From Nodosilinea sp. FACHB-141 (GTDB lineage Bacteria > Cyanobacteriota > Cyanobacteriia > Phormidesmidales > Phormidesmidaceae), in the NCBI RefSeq assembly GCF_014696135.1, contig NZ_JACJPP010000024.1, positions 1-32,000 of the forward strand: a stretch of 32,000 bases of DNA, written 5' to 3'. The notes beneath the pieces were generated by a model, which saw nothing but the letters and a program-made list of their open reading frames with translations, searched no databases and was not told the DNA's origin. Below are positions 1 through 8,245 of this stretch, in pieces (within the stretch, counting starts at the first letter, position 1; every line of letters starts with the position of its first letter). The translations under genes and the position numbers were made by a program.

Positions 1-109
1 GTCCGTCGCGGGTGCTGTAGCCGTGGTCATTGAGCCACCGGCGTACGGAAGTTTTGGGCAGGTTGCCGTTCTCTCGGCAGAACGAATGAAGGCTGACGAG
101 TTCGGTCAT
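1..109 (-). CDS. hypothetical protein, N-terminal part only (runs off left edge); possibly HTH DNA-binding
   Basis: Reverse-strand ATG at 109-107 opens MTELVSLHSFCRENGNLPKTSVRRWLNDHGYSTRDG..., which stays open to the window edge. It is divergent from the operon starting at 305. It is not in the ORF track because it is partial. Confidence 0.35.
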   Translation of the reverse strand, partial: MTELVSLHSFCRENGNLPKTSVRRWLNDHGYSTRDG

Positions 110-304
110 AGCTAAAAGTCCTTTAGTCCGTTGCAGGTACGGGTTTGGCGCGGTTGGCACGGCAAACAGTGGGCCAACTAGGCCCAGCCCTGTGCCTATG
201 CCGTCTCACGACTTGGTACAGATATAACACAAATTGATGGCATAACAATACAAAAATGAGTATTATGGGTGTCATATTCACTCTGAACCGTTAGAGGTTG
301 TACC

Positions 305-481
305 ATGGCGGGCATGAGTAAGCGAATCCAGGTAACACTGCCTGACCGACTAGCAGACGACTTAGAGCAATGGGCCGACTATGACGGTCGGGCGATCGCT
401 AATCTGGCTGCATTCTTGCTAGAGCAGGCGGTTAGAAACGCGAAGCAGGATGGTACGTTCCCTACCGAGGCCAAGCCATGA
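305..481 (+). CDS. ribbon-helix-helix (CopG/Arc/MetJ-like) DNA-binding protein, 58 aa
   Basis: ATG at 305, TGA at 479-481. The translation is MAGMSKRIQVTLPDRLADDLEQWADYDGRAIANLAAFLLEQAVRNAKQDGTFPTEAKP. A short beta strand (RIQVTLP) followed by two helices is the RHH pattern. It is below the ORF-track size cutoff. Its stop overlaps the next start (ATGA at 478-481). Confidence 0.6.
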   Translation: MAGMSKRIQVTLPDRLADDLEQWADYDGRAIANLAAFLLEQAVRNAKQDGTFPTEAKP

Positions 482-969
482 CCCAGAGCAGCGATCGCCT
501 TGACCGCATGGAAGCCCTTTTGGCTACCACTATTGAAGGGCTAGCCAGAACTGAGAAAATCACCGAATCCAACGCCCGCGCTATTGAGGCGTGGGGCGGG
601 CGCATTGATGAGGGCGATCAGAAGAACCAGACCCAACTGGAGGCATCCATCGCCGACACCGTGGCCATGATTGCCGACATGGGCCAACAGCAGCAGGAAG
701 CGGCGCAGAGGGCCGAGCAACACAAGGTAGAGGCCGACCAACGCTTTGAGGTGTTCCTGGCTGAGGCCAGGGCTGATCGACAGCGCTCTGAACAGCTCAA
801 TGCAGAGCACAACCAGCGCTTTGAGACTTTCCTGCAAGATGCCAGAGCCGATCGGCAGCGGTTTGACCAGACGATGGCGGCCAACGCGACGGAGCACCGG
901 GCGTTCCGGGAAACACTCCAGAACATGCTGGCTGAGATTGCCCGGCTGTGGCAGCGGGTGGCAGGATGA
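478..969 (+). CDS. coiled-coil hypothetical protein, 163 aa
   Basis: ORF track entry. The protein is Q/E/R/A-rich and helical, with an internal repeat QRFE(V/T)FL..ARADRQR present twice. It is translationally coupled to both neighbours through ATGA overlaps. Confidence 0.55.
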   Translation: MTQSSDRLDRMEALLATTIEGLARTEKITESNARAIEAWGGRIDEGDQKNQTQLEASIADTVAMIADMGQQQQEAAQRAEQHKVEADQRFEVFLAEARADRQRSEQLNAEHNQRFETFLQDARADRQRFDQTMAANATEHRAFRETLQNMLAEIARLWQRVAG

Positions 970-1274
970 CCACCGGAGACAAAGCCAAGCGTGCCCCAGT
1001 TGCGATCGGTCCGCTGTCGGTCGACGGTTTCCAGATGCTCGGTGGCTCCTATCGAAGGAGCCAAACAAGCGCAGATGATGCTGTCGGTCTAGGGCGACAG
1101 AACGTGTCAAATTTTTTGCGCTTGAAGGCCATCAAATCCTTGCTAGGCGAGGGTTGCACGAGTCAGATTTTTAAGGCAGAACCCGACGCATTGCGCGAAC
1201 AGGTGGCCCGGCAAGACCAGCAGCTCCACGAAGCTGGTCTAGAGCCCTGGCAACTACCGCAGAACGAGCGGTAA
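966..1274 (+). CDS. hypothetical protein, 102 aa
   Basis: The in-frame ATG at 966-968 overlaps the TGA of the previous gene (967-969). The same frame appears as track ORF 948..1274. I recognise no family. Confidence 0.45.
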   Translation: MTTGDKAKRAPVAIGPLSVDGFQMLGGSYRRSQTSADDAVGLGRQNVSNFLRLKAIKSLLGEGCTSQIFKAEPDALREQVARQDQQLHEAGLEPWQLPQNER

Positions 1275-1351
1275 CCACAGTCTTTTGTTGCACGTAAGGA
1301 GGCCGATATCAACCCAAAAACACCGATGACGCCCAATTTTTAGTGTTTGCC

Positions 1352-1380
1352 TTGCCTGGCTTGTACACCTGTACTATGAT
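1352..1380 (+). promoter_or_regulatory. candidate sigma70-type promoter for the rep gene
   Basis: TTGCCT (1352-1357), a 17-nt spacer, then TATGAT (1375-1380). It sits about 245 nt upstream of the Rep ATG. This is a motif match only. Confidence 0.25.
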
Positions 1381-1464
1381 TCGGCAATGATTTACGCCCC
1401 GCTGGGTTGACCCCCTGGCGATCGCGTTGATCAGTATTAAGTGTCCTGACCAGACCCTTAATAG

Positions 1465-1497
1465 GCAAAAAGAACCGGCAGCGAATGCCACCGGCTC
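1465..1497 (-). terminator. candidate intrinsic terminator reading on the minus strand inside the rep leader
   Basis: The minus-strand RNA would be GAGCCGG-uggcauucgcug-CCGGUUC followed by UUUUUGCC. That is a 7-bp stem (one G-U pair), a 12-nt loop and a U5 tract. No minus-strand CDS ends here. Confidence 0.3.
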
Positions 1498-1624
1498 TTT
1501 AAAAAGCGAAAACCCGAGAGGACCAGTCCCGAGTCGCGCAAAATTGCTTATGCGGCTATGGTAACACCGGCGCTCTCTCGGGGCAATACTCATTGCTCAC
1601 AAATTTTGGAAGAGACGCACGAAA

Positions 1625-3328
1625 ATGACCGCATCTATAGGATGGGGCGAGGAGTCGCGTAGACCTCCCCGTTCCGAACCACTTCCCGCTGACCCCACGG
1701 GCCAGCGGCTGTGTGAAATCTTTGGCCACTACCCCTGGAACTTCATCCGCGCCGACCTGCCGGATGATGCCACTGCTAAAGCCGCTTGGACAACTGTTAA
1801 AGACTACCCGCTGCGGCCCCGGGTGTTGTGGAACCACTGGCAAGACGCCAACCAGCTAATCGGCGTCCGCTTCACCCACGACACCTGCTACGCCCTGCTC
1901 GACCTCGACGCTGGTGGTGACTACTGCACCGCCGACGGGGTGGCCCAGATCCGTGCTGCTCTGGAGACCATTGGCATTACCCGCACCCTGCTGCTGCGTT
2001 CCAGCTGGAGCGGCGGTCTGCACCTCTACCTCCCCTTTGCTGAGCGGATCAACACCTTTAACCTGGCCGTTGCCCTGAAAGAATGCCTCAAAGCCCAGGG
2101 GTTTCGGCTCCAGGCCGGGCAGCTTGAAATCTTCCCCAACGTCAAAGCCTACGGCGTTCAAGCCTTCATCGAATATATGGGGCACCGGCTGCCCCTGCAG
2201 CCCGGCAGCGGCTCCTGCCTGCTCGACGACGCTCTCAACCCGATCGGCGACAGCCTAGCCCGCTTCTTCTGGCTCTGGGATGGTGCCGCTGGCCACCAAG
2301 ACATGGACACCCTGCGCCATGCAATGAAAATTGGCCGCGACAACCACCGCAAACGGCCCAAGCGTCGTAGTCATCCCGTCGAGAGCTGGCGACGCGACCT
2401 CGACCTTGAAATCACTGAAGGCTGGACCGCTTACGGGCAGACCAACCACCTGCTCAAAACCATCGCTTGCTACGGCCGCGTCTTCGAGGGTCACCAAGGC
2501 CAAGCCCTGATTGACTACACCCTGCGCATCGCCCTTCATTGCCCTGGCTACGAGCAGTACTGCCGCCACCAGCACGACATCGAGCGCAAGGTCATTGCCT
2601 GGGTCAGAGCCGTGGAGGGCTACTACTGGCCCTTAGGAACCACCCCTACCCGTGACACCAGCCACCCCAAAAACAACCTGGTGCCCTTTAACCAGCGGCA
2701 GTCCGAATCTGCTCAGCACCGCATTCGCGCCGCCTACAGAGAACTAGAGCAGACGGGAGAGCTGCCCGAGCAGATTACTGCCCGGGCCAAGGCGATCGCC
2801 CAAAGAGCCAGAGTTAGCCAGCAGACCCTCTACAAGCACCTCAGCCTCTGGCACCCCGAGCACCAAAAGGGTGTAATTGCCCTAACAGCAAGCTTTCTAG
2901 CTCCTGAAGAGGCAATTTCTGAAGCCTCACCCAAAACGTCAGAACCCTGGAAAATCAAGGAATTACACCCCTCAGAGAGAGATATGAAGGGTGAGGCGCT
3001 TTGCGCCGGTGAGTTGGGCTCGGATACAAACTCTTTTATTCCGGACAGGGGGGTACGGGGGGATGAGGTTGCTTTTCCACAGGAAGCAGAGCCTGCAGCT
3101 TATGACCTAGACCTGCACGAGCAGATTCAACACCAGGTTAGGAGCCTGGGTTGGTCTGGGGAGGTGATTCGCCAATTCATTGCCGACCGATTTGAGGACA
3201 AGCGCTGGTCTGAACTGACAGAGGATGAGCGGTTTCTGCTGCTCTATCATCTGCGTGTGCTTGATTCTCTCGAGGCTGGAGAGCCTGCTGACGTGACTGC
3301 CCAAGACCCCTCACCCATTAACCGATAG
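1625..3328 (+). CDS. plasmid replication protein candidate with N-terminal primase-polymerase (AEP/prim-pol) domain
   Basis: 567 aa. It carries an acidic metal motif YALLDLDAGGDY followed by SSWSGGLHLYLPF (an sGxxH-type motif), in the order typical of prim-pol domains. An HTH-like segment ARVSQQTLYKHL follows, and the tail is acidic. The gene is adjacent to a partition locus. Confidence 0.6.
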   Translation: MTASIGWGEESRRPPRSEPLPADPTGQRLCEIFGHYPWNFIRADLPDDATAKAAWTTVKDYPLRPRVLWNHWQDANQLIGVRFTHDTCYALLDLDAGGDYCTADGVAQIRAALETIGITRTLLLRSSWSGGLHLYLPFAERINTFNLAVALKECLKAQGFRLQAGQLEIFPNVKAYGVQAFIEYMGHRLPLQPGSGSCLLDDALNPIGDSLARFFWLWDGAAGHQDMDTLRHAMKIGRDNHRKRPKRRSHPVESWRRDLDLEITEGWTAYGQTNHLLKTIACYGRVFEGHQGQALIDYTLRIALHCPGYEQYCRHQHDIERKVIAWVRAVEGYYWPLGTTPTRDTSHPKNNLVPFNQRQSESAQHRIRAAYRELEQTGELPEQITARAKAIAQRARVSQQTLYKHLSLWHPEHQKGVIALTASFLAPEEAISEASPKTSEPWKIKELHPSERDMKGEALCAGELGSDTNSFIPDRGVRGDEVAFPQEAEPAAYDLDLHEQIQHQVRSLGWSGEVIRQFIADRFEDKRWSELTEDERFLLLYHLRVLDSLEAGEPADVTAQDPSPINR

Positions 3329-3350
3329 GTTCTTATTTAAGAGTGTCGCT

Positions 3351-4145
3351 ATGCCTGAATTTCGCGCCGGTCAAATCATCCCCCTGCGCTACAAGAGCCA
3401 GGAGATCAAAGCCATCATCATTGACCCCAACGGTCTGGGACCAGATAAACCCTCTATCGGTATGGGCTTTCGTGGGATGGATCGTCACATTGGAGTGCCC
3501 CAGCAGACCCTCACGAATAGGGTGACCCAAATCGAAGGGGCAAAGTACCTAGAGCTCCCATCTGGCAAGGCTTTCAGGGTGACCCAAATCTTGGCCGAAG
3601 ACGGGAACGATTACCTGCTGCTAGAGGCTTCTGACTGGGCGGCGCTGGCTCTCGACTGGGCTAAGAATCCCGGTAAGCTGCGGAAGCCAGCCCGCGATGG
3701 ATTGATTGAGTTTCTGGCCTGGTTCGCGGCTGAGGGCCTCTACGCTCAGGCGTACACCGTCCTTAAGCGCGCCTACACGCGAGAGGATGACCAGCGAGTC
3801 CAGAACTGGATTATGTCGCGGGAGTCGGGCAAGCCCGCCCGCGCTGAATGGGGCTGGGAGGTGCAGGAGAAAGACCCACGGAGCCGCTACGGCTACTGGA
3901 CAAACTATGTCTATCGGGGTCTCTTCGGCATGGATGCCGCCACTATGAAGGAAACCTGGGCAAACCCGGTACATGGGGATGCTCGCATTGCCCGTAACTA
4001 TGTGCCGGAATCGGTGGGACTGGAGGCGATCGCCTACTGCGAGAAAATGGTGGGCTTACTCGACCTCGACGACATCGAGCAGGCCCACGACGAAGCGATA
4101 CGGCTTACTCAAATCAAATTTGCCAAGCATTTTCCGATGGCATGA
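3351..4145 (+). CDS. hypothetical protein, 264 aa
   Basis: Long ORF with codon usage like its neighbours, starting 23 nt after the rep stop. I recognise no family with confidence. Confidence 0.55.
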   Translation: MPEFRAGQIIPLRYKSQEIKAIIIDPNGLGPDKPSIGMGFRGMDRHIGVPQQTLTNRVTQIEGAKYLELPSGKAFRVTQILAEDGNDYLLLEASDWAALALDWAKNPGKLRKPARDGLIEFLAWFAAEGLYAQAYTVLKRAYTREDDQRVQNWIMSRESGKPARAEWGWEVQEKDPRSRYGYWTNYVYRGLFGMDAATMKETWANPVHGDARIARNYVPESVGLEAIAYCEKMVGLLDLDDIEQAHDEAIRLTQIKFAKHFPMA

Positions 4146-4241
4146 GTTATGAAGGGGGTTGCGATAGTTAACGGTTGGCCTCAGATTGTAATGGCCTCTA
4201 ACGATGGTCTGTGACTTCCGCCCTGCTATGGAGAAGATGCG

Positions 4242-4979
4242 GTGACCAAAGACTTTTTCATTAGCTACAACAGAGCCGATGCCACCTGGGCTGAGTGGAT
4301 CGCCTGGGTGCTGGAGGAGCATGGCAAAACGGTCGTCATCCAAGCCTGGGACTTTCGCCCTGGGGGCAACTTTATTTTGGACATGCAGCGGGCGGCCCAA
4401 GACTGCGATCGCACCATTGCTGTCCTATCAGAAGACTATCTTAACGCCCTCTACACCCAGCCCGAATGGGCCGCTGCCTTCAAGCAAGACCCCACCGGTA
4501 TAGAGCGCAAACTTCTGCCCGTTCGCGTTGCCCTTTGCAAGCCCACTGGCCTGTTAGCTCCTCTGGCGTATGTAGATCTGGTGGGCAAGTCTGAGGCAGA
4601 AGCCGAAACCTTGCTGCTTGGAGCACTCCAGGAGCGCGCCAAACCCACCAGTCGCCCCAGCTTTCCTCAATCCGTACAACCCCAAGAGCGAATTACATCA
4701 GGCACAGTCACCTTCCCCCAGAACATCCCTGAGCAATCCGTCCAATCTGTCACTAGCAACACAGCCCTACGCCTTGCCCTGTTTCAAAACCTGGCTTCTC
4801 TCCCCAGCCCTCAGTTTGAACAAATCCTATTCGCCCTGAGCCCACCCCCCGGCAATGTGGCTTCGGCCCAGGCCCCCCAGGGCAACCGCGTCAAAGACCT
4901 GCTCGATTGGGCCACCAGCATTGGCCCTGGCCTAAGCGAAGTAGAAGCCATTTACAACCAAATCGCCCGCCCTCGCTAG
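4242..4979 (+). CDS. TIR-domain effector protein with C-terminal helical adaptor (effector-associated-domain-like) module
   Basis: GTG start. The N-terminus reads FFISYNRADATWAEWIAWVLEEHGKTVVIQAWDF...IAVLSEDYLNALYTQPEWAAAF, which fits the bacterial TIR pattern including the conserved W/E region. The last ~70 aa (LFQNLASLPSPQFEQILFAL...RVKDLLDWATSIGPGLSEVEAIYNQI) resemble the death-like adaptor domains that pair effectors with STAND NTPases. Confidence 0.8.
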   Translation: MTKDFFISYNRADATWAEWIAWVLEEHGKTVVIQAWDFRPGGNFILDMQRAAQDCDRTIAVLSEDYLNALYTQPEWAAAFKQDPTGIERKLLPVRVALCKPTGLLAPLAYVDLVGKSEAEAETLLLGALQERAKPTSRPSFPQSVQPQERITSGTVTFPQNIPEQSVQSVTSNTALRLALFQNLASLPSPQFEQILFALSPPPGNVASAQAPQGNRVKDLLDWATSIGPGLSEVEAIYNQIARPR

Positions 4980-7408
4980 CCTCTTCGGAATCAACTGGTA
5001 CCACACCGGAGAGGCGACCCCAGGTACCCGAGCTAGCTCAACCGCTGCCTTACCCCCGCAACCCCTTCTTCACTGGCAGAGAAGACCAGCTACAGGCCAT
5101 CCATGCGGCTCTCACCAGCCGAGGTCGAGCCGCCCTCTCTGGGCTGGGGGGTATTGGTAAAACCCAAACCGCTCTGGAGTATGCCTACCGCCATCAGGTT
5201 AAGTATGAACATGTGTTTTGGGTCCGAGCCGAACAGGAAACGGAGCTGATCACCGGATATGTGGCCCTGGCCAAGGCACTACAACTCCCTGGGCATCAGC
5301 AAGAGGATCAGCAGGCGATCGTCACCCTGATGAAACAGTGGCTGACTACCCACGACGGCTGGCTGCTGGTGCTCGACAATGCCGACGACCTACGCCAGCT
5401 GCGGCTCTACCTGCCCACTACGAACGGCCATATTCTACTCACTACCCGCGCCCAGGCCCTGGGCGACCTGGCCAAGAAGGTTGAGGTCACCCGCATGGAT
5501 GCCGATGAAGGAGCCTTACTGCTGCTGCGCCGTGCCAATGCGATTGCCGATGACGCCGACCTGGTCGACGCCTCAGACCATGACCAGGCCCTAGCCCATA
5601 CCCTCAATACCGAAATGGATGGCCTACCCCTGGCCCTCGACCAGGCCGGAGCCTACATTGAAGACCAGGTGCTTAGCCTAGACGAATACCTGGAGCTGTT
5701 TCGCACCGAAAAAGCCGAACTGCTGCAAGAACGGGGACAATTGGACCCAGATCACCCCAGCGTCACCGTAACCTTTACCCTGGCCTTTGAGAAAGTGGTT
5801 GCCGCCAGTGCCACCGCTGCCGCATTGGTGCGAGCCTGCGCCTTTCTAGCCCCCGATGCCATCCCTGAGGAAATTTTTAGTGAAGGGGCTGCAGCGTTTG
5901 AAGCGCCCCTCAGTACCCTGGCTGAGAGCAAACTGGCTCTATCCAAAGCCATTGCAGAAGCCGCTAGATTTTCCTTAATTAGCCGCAACCCGCTGACCAA
6001 AACATTGACTATTCATCGCCTGGTGCAGGAGGTGCTGAGATCGGCCATGGATGACAACCTCCAACGACAGTGGGCAGAGCAGGTCGTCGAGGCCGTAACG
6101 GCGGTGTTTCCCAATGCTGAATTTGAGAATTGGGTGCGGTGCGCTCGCCTAATTACCCAGGCCCAGGCCACCACACATATGAGCGCTGATTACGGGCTAG
6201 CCTCGGAAACAGCCGCTTTACTACTCATTCGCGCTGGCTATTACTACAACTCCCAGGGGCGGTACGGAGAGGCCGAACCCCTCTACCTGGAGGCCTTGAC
6301 GATGTATAAACAGCTGTTGGGGGAGGCCCATCCCGCTATCGCCGATAGCCTCAATAACCTGGCCGCGCTCTATGGTTCCCAGGGGCGGTACGGGGAGGCC
6401 GAACCCCTCTACCTCGAGTCCTTAGCGATGTATAAGCAGCTGTTGGGAGAGGCCCATCCTGAAGTCGCCACCAGTCTCAATAACCTAGCAGGGCTCTATC
6501 GTTTCCAGGGGCGGTACGGGGAGGCCGAATCCCTCTACCTGAAGGCATTAACGATGCGGAAGCAGCTGTTGGGGGAGGCCCATCCCAAAGTCGCCATCAG
6601 CCTCAATGACCTGGCTACGCTCTATCGTTTCCAGGGGCGGTACGGGGAGGCCGAACCCCTCTACCTTGAGTCCTTAGCGATGAGTAAGCAGCTGTTGGGA
6701 GAGGCCCATCCTGAAGTCGCCACCAGTCTCAATAACCTAGCAGGGCTCTACGAATTCCAGGGGCGGTACGGGGAGGCCGAACCCCTCTACCTCGAGTCCT
6801 TAGTGATGCGGAAGCAACTGTTGGGGAAGGTCCATCCCGAAGTCGCCGCCAGCCTCAATAACCTGGCCGCGCTCTATGGTTCCCAGGGGCGGTACGGGGA
6901 GGCCGAACCCCTCTACCTCGAGTCCTTAGCGATGAGTAAGCAGCTGTTGGGGGAGGCCCATCCCAAAGTCGCCATCAGTCTCCATAACCTGGCTGCGCTC
7001 TATCGTTCCCAGGGACGGTACGGGGAGGCCGAATCCCTCTACCTGAAGGCATTAACGATGCGGAAGCAGCTGTTGGGGGAGGCCCACCCCGAAGTCGCCA
7101 CCAGTCTCCATAACCTGGCTGCGCTCTATTGTTCCCAGGGACGGTACGGGGAGGCCGAACCCCTCTACCTCGAGTCCTTAGCGATGAGTAAGCAGCTGTT
7201 GGGGGAGGCCCATCCCTATGTTGCCAGTAGTTTGTTCAACTTGGGAGCCCTACGCTACAACCAGGGCCGCTACAGCGAAGCCCAGACACTACTCCTCCAA
7301 GCTCAACCTATTTACCTCACCAGCCTAGGCTCCCACCACCCCGCTACTCAGGCTCTCCAAAGCTGGCTTAATATGGTACAAGCGGCCTTGGACAGTCAGC
7401 CGCGCTAA
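4907..7408 (+). CDS. NB-ARC (STAND) NTPase with C-terminal TPR sensor array
   Basis: Motifs present are Walker A GLGGIGKTQ, Walker B WLLVLDNADD, LLTTR and GLPLAL, followed by 9 TPR units of 42 aa (QGRYGEAEPLYLESLAM.KQLLGEAHP.VA.SLNNLA.LY). The frame is open from 4820. The only canonical start before the P-loop is TTG at 4907, so the start is uncertain. Confidence 0.85.
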   Translation: MGHQHWPWPKRSRSHLQPNRPPSLASSESTGTTPERRPQVPELAQPLPYPRNPFFTGREDQLQAIHAALTSRGRAALSGLGGIGKTQTALEYAYRHQVKYEHVFWVRAEQETELITGYVALAKALQLPGHQQEDQQAIVTLMKQWLTTHDGWLLVLDNADDLRQLRLYLPTTNGHILLTTRAQALGDLAKKVEVTRMDADEGALLLLRRANAIADDADLVDASDHDQALAHTLNTEMDGLPLALDQAGAYIEDQVLSLDEYLELFRTEKAELLQERGQLDPDHPSVTVTFTLAFEKVVAASATAAALVRACAFLAPDAIPEEIFSEGAAAFEAPLSTLAESKLALSKAIAEAARFSLISRNPLTKTLTIHRLVQEVLRSAMDDNLQRQWAEQVVEAVTAVFPNAEFENWVRCARLITQAQATTHMSADYGLASETAALLLIRAGYYYNSQGRYGEAEPLYLEALTMYKQLLGEAHPAIADSLNNLAALYGSQGRYGEAEPLYLESLAMYKQLLGEAHPEVATSLNNLAGLYRFQGRYGEAESLYLKALTMRKQLLGEAHPKVAISLNDLATLYRFQGRYGEAEPLYLESLAMSKQLLGEAHPEVATSLNNLAGLYEFQGRYGEAEPLYLESLVMRKQLLGKVHPEVAASLNNLAALYGSQGRYGEAEPLYLESLAMSKQLLGEAHPKVAISLHNLAALYRSQGRYGEAESLYLKALTMRKQLLGEAHPEVATSLHNLAALYCSQGRYGEAEPLYLESLAMSKQLLGEAHPYVASSLFNLGALRYNQGRYSEAQTLLLQAQPIYLTSLGSHHPATQALQSWLNMVQAALDSQPR
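6252..7259 (+). repeat. tandem 126-bp coding repeat, 8 near-identical copies (TPR units), plus one diverged copy downstream
   Basis: The marker cccaggggcggtacgg recurs at 6252, 6378, 6504, 6630, 6756, 6882, 7008 and 7134, an exact 126-bp period. The copies are nearly identical at the nucleotide level. Confidence 0.9.
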
Positions 7409-7493
7409 GTCAGAGCCACCACTCCCGACCCCAAGCCTTTTCCACTAGCACAAAGGGGAGTCTGCTTGAGCCACCTAACGCTGAAGCCTAGTT

Positions 7494-7645
7494 ATCTGGT
7501 CATCTGCCTAACCAGCAGTCAAGACAACCAGATAACCAAATGAAAAACCCCTTGCTAGAAAGCAGAACTAAATTGTCAACCAGGTAGTAACATCTGGTCA
7601 TCTGCCTAACCAGCAGTCAAGATAACCAGATAACCAGATAACCAG
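7494..7645. promoter_or_regulatory. centromere-like (parS/parH-type) iteron region and parA promoter region
   Basis: The 31-bp unit atctggtcatctgcctaaccagcagtcaaga occurs twice (7494 and 7592). Three tandem ATAACCAG octamers (7622-7645) abut the parA ATG. The ACCAGAT motif is present in both orientations. Confidence 0.6.
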
Positions 7646-8245
7646 ATGAAAATTATCACTGTGACTGGGTATAAAGGGGGCTGCGGCAAATCCATGACGG
7701 CGATCCACGTTGCGACCTACTTCAGTCGCCTTGGTGATGTGGTGCTGGTGGATGGCGACCCAAACCGTACTGCGATCGCATGGAGCGATCGTGGCCAGCT
7801 GCCATTCTTAGTGGCAGACGAGCGCAAAGCTATGAAAGTGGTGCAGGGCCGTGACTTCATTGTGATTGATACCCCTGCCCGGCCTGACTCATCTGACCTT
7901 AAGGAATTGGCCGACGGTGCCGATTTACTGATCCTCCCCACGGTGCCCGATGTAGTTTCCTTAGAGCCAATGCTGCAAACGGCTAGCGACTTGGGAAACG
8001 CTACTTACCGGGCGCTACTTACCATCGTTCCTCCTAAGCCCAGTCGGGAGGGCGAGACTATGAGGGCTGAGCTGAGCGATAACGGGTTGCCGGTGTTCAA
8101 AACCATGATTCGCCGTGCAGCAGGCTTTCAAAAGGCTGCTCTTGCGGGGGTGCCAGTGTCAGCACTCACCGGGCGCGATCGCATGGGCTGGCTCGACTAT
8201 GAGTCACTGGGCAAAGAAATCTTGGAGGTATTAGGTAATGGCTGA
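7646..8245 (+). CDS. parA: ParA/Soj-family partition ATPase (small, type Ib-like)
   Basis: 199 aa. It has the deviant Walker A ITVTGYKGGCGKS and Walker A'/B-like segments VLVDGDPN and FIVIDTP. The size and the downstream small RHH gene fit type Ib partition systems. Confidence 0.85.
   Translation: MKIITVTGYKGGCGKSMTAIHVATYFSRLGDVVLVDGDPNRTAIAWSDRGQLPFLVADERKAMKVVQGRDFIVIDTPARPDSSDLKELADGADLLILPTVPDVVSLEPMLQTASDLGNATYRALLTIVPPKPSREGETMRAELSDNGLPVFKTMIRRAAGFQKAALAGVPVSALTGRDRMGWLDYESLGKEILEVLGNG

Noticed and set aside
541-1110. Long antisense and alternate-frame ORFs (541..1110-, 618..1064-, 746..1078+, 797..988-) overlapping the 478..969 gene
   Set aside because: Their Arg/Ser/Cys/Gly-rich translations are typical of off-frame reading in GC-rich DNA. 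The + frame at 478..969 has coherent coiled-coil composition and is coupled to its neighbours. The same reasoning applies to most internal ORFs in the track within rep, the STAND gene, the helicases and the ABC genes.
1309-1843. Minus-strand ORFs 1309..1593 and 1556..1843 in and around the rep leader
   Set aside because: Their composition does not look like protein, they have no start context, and 1556..1843 overlaps the well-supported rep CDS. I treated the region as non-coding leader.
6252-7259. Regular repeats that could be mistaken for a CRISPR array
   Set aside because: The period is 126 bp with no unique spacers, the repeats are in frame, and they encode TPR units of the STAND protein. 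The par iterons (7494-7645) are likewise far too short and closely packed to be CRISPR.
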